Positions 51,511-63,692 of a stretch of DNA of 64,000 bases are shown piece by piece (position 1 is the first letter of the stretch; each line of letters starts with the position of its first letter). The notes below the pieces were generated by a model. That model saw only the letters and a program-made list of their open reading frames with translations, ran no database searches and was not told the DNA's origin. A program made the position numbers and the translations under genes. Source of the stretch: Sphyrna mokarran (taxonomy: Eukaryota); contig JAGIQG010000012.1 of the NCBI GenBank assembly GCA_024679065.1, forward strand, positions 47,244,001 through 47,308,000, given 5' to 3'.

Positions 51511-52729
51511 TTCAATAAAACAATAAGTAATTAACAAAAGAGGGTGGCATTCTCTGTTGGGACATTGCAACTCAAATAAAAGTTCAAAAAGCAACTTAAT
51601 TCATTGAATTAAAATGATACTTGGGGTGGGGGGGAGGTGATGATGATCCAAGAGCCTGGTTGCAGAAGATGAGAAATGTGCGATGGACACAGTGTGTTCC
51701 CTCTTCCAGGCCACCCAGCCATAAATGTAGCCCTAGTATAGGGCAATCAGACTAGACAATCTCGATCATTTGCTACCTAGAAGAAACCAAAAACAGCCCA
51801 CTGGCCCTCACACCCCTTTTTCCTCAACACATTTACTTCCCATGTCCTATCCAAGCCAATTCAAATTGTCTAATGTCCCCTCATATCTCTGTTGACAAAT
51901 TATTTCCCACCACACACCACCTTGGCCCTTATAACACTAACATTGTGCCAACTCATATCAAGCTATGCCCCCACCACCCTTTTCCCTTGCACTGTCCATG
52001 CCAGCTCAAAAAGTATCCACCCTGAGCAGACATCAGGAGCCATTCTGAGCTGAAATGAAACAGAGACACAAAGTTCTAAATATCTATTGCAGATTTTATT
52101 CTAAGAAAACACATAGAAATGCATTCAGTACATTTAAATTCCTTCAAGTATATAATCTCTTATGAAAATACATATGTATTCATTGTTCTGCGTCAAAGAC
52201 TTGGAGCATCATTCAAACAATGAATTGAGAATTCTTCCCCCATTGTGATAATGGGTTATGGAATCACTCGAGCAGCACCGATCCTACAGTGATAGCTTTC
52301 AGGTTTATGTCAACAGACAGCTAGTGAAATTGCAAATAGTTTTTTTTCCAACTGCAAAGTGTTTAATTTTCAAAAAGTTAGAGTTTGAGGATTTAAGTGC
52401 CGTGACAGTTTTCTAGTTCTACTGAGTGCATTTTTACTCATATCTAATTTTAAAAATATGAAAGGACACTTGACTTCTCCAAAAGTGATACCTGGACCTC
52501 TCCAACAGGACCCTCTGAATATGTTTGAAGGCGACTGTACTTTAATATGTGCACCCACCTCCATGAACCAGAGATGTGCAAAATACAAGCTACCCTTGTT
52601 CCCCCAGTGAAAATGTTGGGTGCTAAGTTTAGAGGTGCATCTTCTGGAATTGGAGGCTCTGGCATCATTTTAGCTAAGATGTAGAGCTCTTCTAACCCTG
52701 CTAATATTTGGACCATACAGTATAAAATC

Positions 52730-53370
52730 AAACAAGTTATGATGTATCTTATTAAAACTCTGGTTCAGTCTCAGCTGGAGATTGTGCCCAATTCTGGGCA
52801 GCATATTTTAGGAAGCACATGAAAGCTTTAGAGAGAGTACAGAAAATTTTTTTTGATAATAGTTCCATGAATGAAAGTGTTCAATTGCATTCAGTACAAG
52901 AAAGCTAGGGTTGTTCTCCTTAGTGGTGGATGGAAGAGAGTTCTAAGGTTTTGGTCCAATAGCACTAAAGGAACAGCAATGTAGTTGGTGTTTGACTTGG
53001 AGAGAAACTTTACAGGTGGTGATTCTCCTATGCATCTACAGACTTTGTCCTACTTGATAGTAGAAATCATGGTGAGGGTCTTTGGCCATGTAGAAGGAAA
53101 TTATTCCAATTGGCAGCAAGTTTGACATCCCTTAAGGTGTTGGGCAAAGGAATCAAAAACAACATGTGGAAAGGTTTGTTTTATGCAACGAGTTGTTTGT
53201 AATCTAGAATACACTACCTGAGTATATAGTATTGACAGATGCTGAAGAGAAGAGATTGTGGGCTTTAGGGTAAGGACAGAAGGAGTGGAACTAGCTGAGT
53301 TGTTCTTGCAAAAAGCTGTCACAGAAATAACAGGACAATGGCCTCCTTCTGCGCTGTAATCATTCTATAA
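52730..53370 (+). mobile_element. CR1 3' fragments with an intervening LINE fragment
   Basis: KTLVQSQLE..QFWA..FRKHMKALERVQ (52750-52850); CR1 3' UTR ending ggcctccttctgcgctgtaatcattcta at ~53370. Confidence 0.65.
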
Positions 53371-53578
53371 TTCAAATCCTTTGATAATATACCAGTTATT
53401 CCTTGCAAATGTCAAAAATTTGCTTGATGTGTCAAAATATTGGTTTTTCAGATTTGGTGAATCAACAAGTGTTTTCAAATATTCTGTTAAAATATCTGCT
53501 ATTATCAAGTATTTAAAAGTCGGAATATTTCATAGGTGAAAATGCTGAATTCCTGGAGGGTGCAAAATTAAAACAGAA

Positions 53579-54587
53579 GGCCCAATTTTACCATCGCATT
53601 GCCAGGTGCAAAAATTTGTTAATATTGGTAGTGAGGCAAGTAGTGTGATCAACACCCGCCTGCGCACTGGTTCCCTTTTTCACCAATGCATACATTTAAA
53701 TTGACTTAATCGGCTGTACGATTAAGCCGATTATCATACAGCTTATCTGCTGTACATATAAAGTTACCAACTTTATCACATTTCCCCCTTTAACACTGTG
53801 TTCACCCATTTGAAATCGAAACAGACATGCTCCATATAAGTCCGATTCAGGCATCCTGTCAGTGAGGGTTAATGACAAGGTAAAGGCTGAGGTCTTTGGT
53901 TGAGATTGGTGGGGGGCAAGGTAGGAGCTGTGGGTCTGACGACTCTCTGCTTGATATCGATGGGGAAGGGTGAAAGGGGCATCTGGTACCTCTCTGCCTA
54001 TGATCAGTGAGGGTGAAAGGGGATCTACTGCCACTGCCTATGATCAGTGGGGGAGGGAGGGGTTTGCTGCCACTCTGCCTGTGATCAGTAAGGGGGAAGT
54101 GTTTGTTGCTACTCTGCCTGAGATCAGTAAGGGGCGGAAGGGGGATCTGCTACCACTCAGTCGGAGATCAGTAGATGGGAAGGTGGAGTCCATTGACGCT
54201 CTGCCTGAGATCAGTGGGAGGAAAGGGGAGGGCTCATGTTCATCTGTATGGCAGGTGTGTGTGGGGGGGGGGGATAAGGAAGTCAGTGGGTGGAGCAATA
54301 TCTGTGGGGGCCAGGGGGAGACATTATCCAGCCCAGGAAGGAAATGCAGAGGAGCAACATTCTATAATTTTTTTCTGTGCATGTGTAGTTGGAGATGTCA
54401 ATCGGAACTACAGAGTTTTGGGCATGTTAAGCCCCGCCCATACGCTTCTGTAGTGCAATTCAGTGTCACTAATATTTCTTCAGGCAGAGTGCATATGGGG
54501 GTGCCCCAGAACAGGTCTAAAAGTCAGATCTGAAACACTTCCAGTTTCAAGTCTGCCCAGCACTTAGTAAATGGTAAAATAGGATCC
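53579..54587. mobile_element. Non-autonomous Harbinger-like element with an internal G-rich tandem array
   Basis: TIRs ggcccaattttaccat / atggtaaaataggatcc; both arms homologous (inverted) to the 55350-58441 element. Confidence 0.7.
53940..54232. repeat. ~36-42-bp tandem repeat (ctctgcctgwgatcagtgggg...gggatctgctgcca), about 7 units
   Basis: Repeated ctgcct[ag][ta]gatcagt motif at regular spacing. Confidence 0.8.
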
Positions 54588-55489
54588 AGTATCAGGAGAG
54601 TCATTCCTAATGGAAAATTTTAAAGTGATCAAATAAACTATGTTTAATTTTTCAGCCAAAAATGTGCTTCATATTGATGGGGTTTGAGAATATCCCAGGA
54701 GCCTATTCATTATCTTTTTTTCCGAAATTTATTCATCAAACCTGTCAATCTATACTTCCTGTCTAAGCTGGAAGGATGAGTCCCACAGTGGTGTAGAAGA
54801 CAGGAGCCAGAACTGCAGTCAGTGTTGATCTGTGATAAGCCAACATGGAATGCATTTCTTTCAGAAATCACTTGGTGTGACTTGTTTGTTTTCTTCTTTG
54901 TGAAACCCTGCTGTTTATGTTGCAATCCACTCTCAAACAGACCACATCACTCTTTAACTAAGACAGTGTCAAATAACAATCAAGACTAAGGTTTGAAAAA
55001 TTCCAGCCATGAGCCCAATGCTTCATGAATAAGACAACATATATACATCAAATTTGAACTTTGGCACATATATTTCATGGAAAATTATTAAGTTCTTGCC
55101 ATATCCATTACTCCTATACATGTCACCTTGATAGGTATTTTCAATGATGAATTGTTACAAAGGAATATAGGACTTGAGAGTAGGATTATTGATTTTCAAT
55201 AAGATCATGTTTCATCTTTCCAAGTTCCAATGGGTCTAGGCTCAACCTGTTCAATCTTTCGTCATAAAATAAGCCCATCATCTCAGGAATGAGCCATGTG
55301 AACCTTCTTCAAACCACTTCTAATGCAGTTCTAGAATTTTACAAATAAAAGATCTGATTTTAGCATTTTAATTCCAAGCGCTGAATCTGGACGCAATTCA
55401 GATCCAACTTGGAAATCTGAATTCAGACGTCCCCATACGCACTTAGCCTGAAAAAAAAAAGGTCCCAATCATGCTGTGGGCAGGGCTTA

Positions 55490-56497
55490 CATACAGCACA
55501 GGAACAGGTCCTTCGGCCCTCCAAGCTTGCACCGATCATGTGTTCGTAACTAGACCATCCATTTGTATCACTCTATTCCTAGTCTGTTCATGTGGCTATC
55601 TAGATAAGTCTTAAATGATCCTAATCTGTCTGCCTCAACTACTTTGCTTGGTAGTGCATTCCAGATTCCAGATTCCAGGCCGCCGCCACCACCCTCTGTG
55701 TTAAACAAAAAATCCCCCGCATATCTGTATTGAACCTTGCACCACCACCCGCACCTTGAACTTGTGATCCCTTGTGTTTGTCATTTCTAACCTGGGAAAA
55801 GGCTTCCAACTGTTCACCTTATCTATGCCCTTCATAATTTTATAAACTTCTATTAGGTCGTCCCTCAACCTCCATCTTTCCAAAGAGAACAATCCTGGTT
55901 TACTCAGTGTCACCTCATAGCTAATATCCTCCGTAACATGCAACATCCTGGTGAACCTTTTCTGCATCCTCTCCAAAGCCTCCACACCCTTTTAGTAGTG
56001 TGGCGACCAGAACTGGACACAGTATTCCAAATGTGGCCTAACCAACATTCAATATAACGGCAAAATCATATGCCAACTTTTACACTCTATGCCCAGTCCA
56101 ATAAAGACAAGCATGCCATATGTTTTCTTTACCACCTTTTCCATTTGGGCTGCCACCTTTAAGGACTTGTCGACTTGCACACCCAGATCCTGTGTGTGTC
56201 TATGTTCCTGATGGTTCTGCAATTAATTGTATATCTCCATTGTGCATTAGATCTATCAAATGTATCACTTCACATTTATCTGGATTAAATTCCATCTGCC
56301 ATTTCTCTGCCCAATTTTCCAGCCTATCTATATCCTGCTGTAATCTCTGACAATGTTCATCACTGTCTGCAATTCCAGCAATCTTTTTGTCATCTGCAAA
56401 CATACTAATCAGACCAACTACATCTTCTTCCAAATCATTTATATATCCACATCAGAGGTCCCAGTACAGAGCGCTGAGGAACTTCACTAGTGATAGA
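55490..56497 (-). mobile_element. CR1 LINE, RT C-terminus and 3' end
   Basis: ISMFADDKKIAG..LQQDIDRLENWAEKWQMEFNPDKCEV; ALERMQKRFTRML..GLFSLERWRLRDDLIEVYKIMKG. Confidence 0.92.
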
Positions 56498-56619
56498 TTA
56501 GTGTGCCTGAAATGGAGCTCTGAACTGCAAATGCACAGTTAGAAAAAAAATTTAAAAACGCACTGTTGTCACATTGCTCCCAGCTCGCAAAAAGCAGATA
56601 AAACAGCCCTGAAGCAATG

Positions 56620-57370
56620 ACATCACCCCCACCCCATAACACAATTTTCCCTCTTATCCACCCATGCACCCCCGCTACCCAGACTGATCACGACTTCCTG
56701 CCCCTTTCTCCCTCGATTACCTGCACAGTGGCAGCAGACCTGCCCACCCCCCCATGAGAGATCATCTGGCCATCCCTCCCTCCCTCGCCCCCCCCCCACC
56801 CGCCGCCAGCCAAGAGATCCATCAGCTTCCTAACCCCCCAGAGAGCCATCTGGCCACCTTCTGCAGAACCATTTGGTCCCCCTCACCACCAGCACCTCTA
56901 CCACATACCCCCCCCACTACCCCCACCCGAGGTCCATCTGCTCCACCCCCCTCTCCACCATGACCAGTCATCCATTTGGCCCTCTGCCCCACTTCCACAC
57001 CGAGATCCATCTGCCCCCTCCTCCCCTTTAACCGGACCATAATCTGGCCTCCCTCCTTCCTCACCCCTATTCACCAGAGATGCATTTGTCTGGCCTCCCT
57101 TCTCCTGCCTAGCACCCCCCCCCACCAGAGAATGATTAAGTCAGCCTCCACTCCACCCCACCCCCCCGCTTCACCAGACGACAATCTGCCCTCCTTCTGC
57201 CCACCTATCACCTGTCCCCCCAACTAGAGAGCAATCTTTCCTCCCTCTGCCCTCCTGCCAGAAATACATCTAACCCACTCCCTCCTCGTCCCTCCACCAG
57301 CGAATGATTTGGCCTCCCTTCTCCCTGCCCCCCACCAGAGAATGATCTGGCCCAGCTCCCTCCATCACTG
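56620..57370. repeat. C-rich (G-rich on minus) degenerate tandem array
   Basis: Recurrent ccccaccagaga..atctggcc.cc units separated by C runs. Confidence 0.7.
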
Positions 57371-57441
57371 ATTTGAGTCACAGAACTCAGTAAGAATTTA
57401 GCAACACCAATTTTCAATCCAACCGATTTATTTGATAGTAA

Positions 57442-57480
57442 ATCCGCGAGCTTTCGACACTGTGTCTTCGTCAGGCAAAT
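57442..57480 (-). ncRNA. Minimal type-I hammerhead ribozyme motif, intact core
   Basis: AUUUGC-CUGACGA-A-GACA CAG UGUC-GAAA-GC-UC|GCGGAU: 6-bp stem I (two GU pairs), complete core, palindromic AGCU stem III, CUC cleavage triplet. Confidence 0.75.
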
Positions 57481-57695
57481 GCAGTGTTCTGGTCTGCAGT
57501 AGCACACATCAGCACGGACAGTTACAGATTGCTGATTAGAATGCGAATCCTTACATCTAACCTGCTATTCAAGTGTTAAAGTGGCTAACAATGTGTGTGA
57601 AGGGAATCCTGAGCATTGGTTAGAGAATTGCATATTTTCTCCAGACAGCACAGTAAGTGAGGTTTTTTTTTGCTAACCCAGGCAAGTTAAAGGGG

Positions 57696-57965
57696 TTACA
57701 GATAGTGTGTCATGAAGCCAAGATCCCTATTAAGGCCGTCCTCATGTGTGCGGAACTTGGCTATCAGTCTCTGCTCAGTGACTCTGCGCTGTCGTGTGTC
57801 ACGAAGGCTCCCTTGAAGAACATTTACCCGCAGGTCAGAGGCCGAATGCCCATGACTGCTGAAATGTTCGCCCACAGGAAGGGAACTGTTTTGCCTGGTG
57901 ATTGTTGAGCGATGTTCATTCATCTGCTGTTGTAGTGTCTGCATGGTGTCCCCAGTGTACCATGC
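57696..57965 (-). pseudogene. Penelope GIY-YIG endonuclease C-terminal fragment
   Basis: AWYTGDTMQTLQQQMNEHR...LPVGEHF..HGHS..DLRV.VL...RRVTEQRLIAKFRTHEDGLNRD, matching the YIGET..R..EH / HF..H / E..I..F.T...GLN motifs. Confidence 0.88.
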
Positions 57966-57998
57966 CTGACGAAGACACAGTGTCGAAAGCTTGCAGAT
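57963..57998 (+). ncRNA. Minimal hammerhead ribozyme motif, stem I 5' side truncated
   Basis: UGC-CUGACGA-A-GACA CAG UGUC-GAAA-GC-UU|GCAGAU; core intact, only 3 bp of stem I retained. Confidence 0.6.
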
Positions 57999-58454
57999 TT
58001 ACTATCAAATAAATGGGTTGGATTGAAAATTGGTGTTGCTAAATTCTTACTGAGTTCTTACTACCCCAGTCCAACTCCGGCATCTTTACATCTTGAGTCA
58101 CAGAGCCATTGGAAGCTCTGAACCTATCTCTTAAAAAGCTGGAGCATCTGAAACAAACCTTTTGTCGAGCATGTCTGTTTCAGGCCGAACCTGGATATGT
58201 GAACATGATGCTAAAGGGGGCAATGCTGATAAAATTGGACAGGCAGTTCGTTAGTTCAATTTAAATACATACAACTGCATTTAAATTGCTACTGTGTCCA
58301 TTTTGGGTGCGAATCGGATCGCAGCCCTTCCCAGGCCTTATTAAAGTGGCATCTGCGTGGATGTGGGCGCAGTTTGCATTAATGGCCTCACACCCAACTT
58401 TTCCACATTTTTGGGCATGATGCAGTAATAAAATCAGGCCCAAAGAGACTAAAA

Positions 58455-59790
58455 CTCTACACAGTACTCTAGATATGATTTCACCAAGGTCCTGTATAGC
58501 TGCAGAAAAATATACCTACTGTTATATTCCATTCCCATTGCAATAAGCACCAATATTTCACTACTTTCCTAATTGCTTGTTGTACTTATACAATACGCTT
58601 TTGTGATTCATGTACCAGAACATTGAGATCTCTCTTTCCCTTGAGTTTTGCAGTCTCTCTATTTATTTAGTGTTTTGCTTCTCTCTTTTTCCTAGCAAAA
58701 GTGGACGAGTTCACATTTTCCCACATTATACTCCATGTGATAATTTATTGTCCATGCATCTGTATCCCATTGTAGATTTCTTACCTCCTCTTGACAATTT
58801 ACTTTCCTACTTACCATGGTGCCATTTTCAAATTTAGTTACCATACATCTGGTCCCTTCATTGAAGTCATTGATATAGAATGTATGTAAAATGTTGAGAC
58901 CACAGCACTGATCCCAATGGCACTCCACTAGTTACAATTTGCCAACCTAAAAATGATTTATACTTCTTCTTTGCTTTTTATAAGCAATCCAATCCCTTTT
59001 GCATGCTAATGTGTTAACTCTCCACTGTGGGCTATTAATTTGTGGAGTAACCTTTGATGTGTTACTTCATACAGTTCCAATAAATAAGTTAAACACAATT
59101 TCTTTTTACAAAACCCAGTTGACTTTGTCTGATTGTATTATGATTCTTTGAATAAATCTGTTTTTAACTTCTTAACTGATTTGAGCAATTTCCATTTGAC
59201 AGATGTCAGACTAGATGGCCTATAATTTCCTTCTTTTTGTCTTTCTCTTTTCTTGAATAAAGGTGTTAGATTTGCTATTTTCCAATCTGTTGGGACCCTT
59301 CTGGAATGTCAGGAATTTTGAAAGATTATAACCAATGTGTCTACTATATCTGCATCCACTTCTTTTAAGATCTGAGAATGCAGACCAGGCCTTGGTAATT
59401 GGTTAGCCTTTATTCTGATGGTTCTGAGAAAACCTTTTTCTTTGGTGATGGTGATTGTTTAAACCTCCTCCCTCACTTTGATCTCTTGATTTTCAAGCTT
59501 TTTTGGGAAGTTTTCTAAGTCAGTAAAGGCATACAAAATACCTGTTCAACATTTCTTCTATTTCCTTGTTCCCCGTTATTTGTTCCCAAGGCTCATGCTC
59601 TAGAGAAGCAATGTACATTTTAGTTACGCTTTTCCTTTTTAAATATTTGTACAAATTTTACTATCTGTTTTGTGTTATAGCTAGCTTTCTTCCAAAATCT
59701 AGTTTATCTCTCATTGTTACTTACTTCAGTTACCATTTTTTTGCTTCTTACAATCTCTCCAATTTTGTGACTGTGATAACCTCCTTGAGT
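58455..59790 (-). mobile_element. Old degenerate CR1 ORF2 fragment
   Basis: YINDFNEGTRCMVTKFENGTMVSRKVNCQEE..LQ; GNYRPSSLTSV on minus near 59200. Confidence 0.75.
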
Positions 59791-61184
59791 CTATGGAATT
59801 AATTGAATATGGGTTCCTTTGATTACAGTTGAAGATTCTTAAAGTTAAAATTTATTTATTACTGTCACAAGACCTGCAACAACAAGGGCTTGCCCAGGTG
59901 GAACTCATGACCTGAATCTGTTGGAAGACAGACACCCTGCCAGAGGTCAACTTTTCTGTTCACATCCTATTGAGGGATATCCTGATTTTTTTTTTCCCTA
60001 GACACTTGGGAGAAATGGGTGTGTATGAGATGCCATTTACCAGTTTAGGAATGCCAGCATAGCAGCCTGAACTAAGACTGTTCAGAGGTTAAAATGTTTA
60101 GAAGTCCTCTTTGCAGAAAGGCAATCAGTGCTACTTGGAAAGCTTGCTTATTAAAACCCAATTTCTTACAGCTCCTCCAATTTGAGAAGGAAATATCCTT
60201 ATGACTTTTCATAACTATTTTTTGAATATTATAGTTATTTCTAAAATACATGTTTTTTCCCCTAATTTATTGATTACACATTGTTTGTAAGATCCCAAAG
60301 CTACAAGAATTATCTGATTACTTGGTCTGGCACTCCCTACTGCAGATCTTAAGGTTGCTCCTTTAAGTGGAAAATATCCTGAAGGCAGGATATTCCTGGC
60401 CCTTAGCATATAAGAACATGTAATTAAAGCAATAAAATATGCATGGACTGGAAAGATTCTCCAGCTCTGTCTTCATCTAGATCCATCTTGTGAATAATTC
60501 TTATTACATGTTATTTCTCCCTAGCCTTCCTTTGTCTCAATCCAAATTTCCTTTTGCTTTAATTCTACTGTCAGTTGGCAATGGTAAAAGGGAGTAGAAT
60601 TAAAGTCAGTTTCTCTGTGGAGTATGTGTCAGTGCCTTGACTATTAAAAAAAATGTTTTCCTGCTCTTTGGGCCATATTAATCATTTTCATATCATCCTA
60701 TTTAACAAGTATCTGAGCAAGTCCGACTCTTTGCAGCTGCATCATGTATTTTTTCATATTAGTTTGTTTACAAATTATAAATCACTTCTGCACCCTCATA
60801 CCAGTGTTCTAATTTTTATTTTAATTGTCATATTTGTAAGTGATGTTCATGCATTTCCTTATCTGTTATATGTGATCTCTAATCCTTTTTAAGTAAGATT
60901 TTCAATTTGCATAGTATTCTTTCATGATGGGTAATCTTTCTTCCCTCTCCCACAAATCCTTGTTTTGTATTTGTGGAAGGTTTATCAGATCTATAGGGAT
61001 CAAGCTGTATTGTTTACCAGTCAGCTTCATGATCTGACATCTCATTGTCTTTAAAAAAAACTTTTCAATAATTCTTCCTAATTTTATAGGATCTCCCCAA
61101 AGGATGAAAGAGGGTCTTCATCTCAAGGATTTTTGCTCATTTCCTACAGTTTTTTGTCCCATGTTTCAGGTGGCAGCCAGATTT

Positions 61185-61495
61185 GTTTTTATTCATTCAT
61201 GCGACATGGGCATCACTAACTGGCCAGCATTTATTGCCCATCCCTGGGTCATTTCAGAGGGCAGTTGGGAATCAACCACATTGCTGTTGCTCTGGAGTTG
61301 CATGAGATTTCCTGATTCGTGAACAAGAGTGTGTTGATTGTTGGAGAAACAATCACTTCACGGTCAGCAGTGAATTCTTAATTCCAAATTTAAAAAAAAT
61401 TCAGTTCTGTGTGGTGAAATTTAAACCTGAGTCCCCAGAACATTAGCTGAGTTTCTGGAATAATAGCCTAGCGATAAAACCACTGGGCCATCACT
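61185..61495 (-). mobile_element. tRNA-derived SINE
   Basis: ggccagcatttattgcccatccc...gagggcagtt...aatcaaccacattgc...ccccagaacattagctgagtttctgga..aatag...agcgataa.accact. Confidence 0.75.
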
Positions 61496-63039
61496 TCCGT
61501 CATTATAAAATTCAGTTCTCTTAAAATGTTCATAGGCAAAGACATAAATGTATCCAAGAGAAAGCTGTCATCTCATTCATTTCATCTATGTTTCCTTTCA
61601 CTAGAATTTATATCAACACCCAAAGTTATTTTAATTCCCATTTGGTGTTATGCCCTTTTCTCCTAATTCCAATTGTAAGTGGGGCATCCCATTGTTTCTT
61701 CCAATAGCATGTTTTCATAATATCTTTGAAACAGAAATTAAATTTTTTGACTTGATTCTAGGGATTAATTTTTAAATTTTGCTTAGTTCCTTCTCTTAAA
61801 CAATATTTTATTTTTTCAAAAGAGACCCACTAAATCAAGTTTATCCAAGGGTGAGTCCATGAAACAGAACTGAAATATGAGTCTGGGATTCACCATGGAG
61901 CTGCCAAGTACATGGGTGTGCATTGATATTTTGTGGCAGGCAAAAAATAGGGCAAATATCTCACTGAATCAGTGCTCAGTGGCAGGGTGGGGTGGGAGGT
62001 GCACATAAGATTTTTAGTTCTGCAGCTTGTCATAAGGATACAGATTTGTGTTGTTTTGAGTTATACTGAAATACATTTCCACTCCTTAGAGCATATCCTC
62101 TTTTCACCCCAAAAATTGAAATATGCCCTATCTGCCCCAACCCTAAATAAAGAAAAGTTTGGATAAGTCGGCAATATTTTGTGTCTGACTATTTTTTATC
62201 AAATAACCAAAATTCAAACAGCAGTATTGCTGGATATTTTCCAAGTGCTCAGTTTATTTCTTTCAGAAACAATTTTTTTTTCTGGCACTGAGAAACCACC
62301 TAGACTGCTTTTTCATCAGTTTTTTGGGGAAAAATTAGTATTTGTTTATGCCTTGATTATCAAGTAAATAGTTGAAATAACAACTCATGTTCAGTTATTT
62401 TTACCAACTTGATTTGCTATCAAACCCCCGGGTTGTCTTTATATTTTGGGACCAAACTGCATTATTTTACAATTATATTCTAGCATGGTTTGGTTTTCTT
62501 TAACAGAAACTCACAGCTGTTAACATTAAATTTCTTCCAAAATTAATTCTATGAATCTTAATCTTTGCAACAAGCACCCTGCTTTAACAATCACTTGACT
62601 CCGCTATATGTTATATATTCAACTGGGCAGAAGTACTCTATAGTGTTAGAGGATCATAAATGCTGACAAGCCAGGCATCAAATGTCTCTGTAAATACACT
62701 CGGGCTTTTGATAGGGAACTGTTGAATACCAAATTGACCTTTGGGAATATCCATCTCTTGCTTTAACTCGAGGAAGCCTACAGATGGAAGGATATCTGTA
62801 AAATCATAGCTTCCTAACTTTGGAACCTCCTCGGCCTCCATTTAACTCTGAAAAGATTCTCAAATGCTTCTCTGAAGCCACTACAGCTTCCTGGCTTCCT
62901 GCATTTGATCTAATTTTTCATCTTGTATAATGTACTTTGTCACATGTTTCCTGTTCGCAATAGAACTGATCAAATGGGTCAGTCCCTTTTGGAAGTTACT
63001 GACCTGTTCTTCCCCCAACACCTCTTTATAGAAAATCCT

Positions 63040-63430
63040 AAAAAGTGCATAAAATATCAGCTTTCTAATTTCTTACAATACTGCTCGAAGAATTTGTCCT
63101 GAATATACACTATGAACTCATTTTCTGGGCTTTCTTTTGCAATTTCATTCCCCTAATCTGTGTGGGTTAAAATCACCATTGATTGTCACAATGTCTTTTG
63201 TCCATGGCCCATTTATTACTTCCTGTATACTCTTTCCCACAGTGCACAACTGTTAGTGGGTCTGTAAACTACAGCAAATGACTCTCACTTTTACCCAAAC
63301 TAAATGTATATTTTGATTTTTTTCAAATAAAAATACTCACTACTATTCTATTGTTATCTTAATAGACATGATTCTTCTCCCTTTCTATCTTTCTGAAATA
63401 TCAAGTATCACTGATAATTCAGGCCCCAGC
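63040..63430 (-). mobile_element. Degenerate CR1 APE endonuclease fragment
   Basis: Minus strand contains VVYRPTN, GDFN and FIVYIQDKFFEQY, resembling CR1 endonuclease motifs. Confidence 0.55.
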
Positions 63431-63589
63431 CACTCTCTGGTTATCATTATCCTGACTGCACCCTGTTCTATCACCTTGTTATTATCCTTTACCACATCTT
63501 CCCTCAAGATTTTATGACCTTGGTCATTATTGGTATTATTACCTTCTCTTAGGTATATGACTCACTGTGCTACTCATGGTTTCATTAAA

Positions 63590-63692
63590 ATCAAATTCTA
63601 TGGAAGGATCATTCAGATTTGATGCATCAATTCTGTTTCTCTCCATGGATGCTGCCACACCTGCTGAATTTATCCAGTCTTTTCTGTTCTCT
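63590..63692 (+). mobile_element. Short Penelope-derived repeat of a second family (degenerate)
   Basis: tctgtttctctccatggatgctgccacacctgctgaatttatccagtcttttctgtt; the reverse complement of its 3' part occurs at ~34605-34657. Confidence 0.5.

Larger units (their letters stand above)
57385..58092 (-). mobile_element. Penelope-like element, 5'-truncated, with inverted pLTRs and 12-bp TSD TTGAGTCACAGA
   Basis: GIY-YIG C-terminus; inverted arms ~57385-57476 and ~57963-58055; TSD at 57373-57384 and 58093-58104. Confidence 0.9.
55350..58441. mobile_element. Non-autonomous Harbinger-like element (same family as 53579, opposite orientation) with nested CR1 and Penelope insertions
   Basis: TIRs gatctgatttta / taaaatcaggccc; shared blocks ccccata.gcact..gcctgaa, ggg(c/a)ggggctta-like and gaaacagacatgctc with the 53579 element. 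Confidence 0.7.

Noticed and set aside
53940-54232. Repeat-spacer (CRISPR-like) pattern
   Set aside because: The intervening segments are mutually similar G-rich sequence, i.e. a minisatellite.
53970-54533. Longest ORF in the track (187 aa) as a host gene
   Set aside because: It runs through a G-rich tandem array inside a non-autonomous element; the repetitive peptide (LPxIS) is a by-product, and the ORF starts at GTG.
54784-54825. V(D)J recombination signal (CACAGTG heptamer)
   Set aside because: No ACAAAAACC-like nonamer at 12 or 23 bp here or at the other heptamers I checked; no Ig/TCR segments seen.
61824-61856. Small + strand exon ending at AAGG|gtgagt
   Set aside because: Good donor but atypical acceptor and no supporting context; such sites are common by chance.
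62638-62841. 67-aa ATG ORF (MEAEEVPKLG...) as a gene or viral relic
   Set aside because: No recognisable motif, splice context or neighbouring exons; length is compatible with chance.
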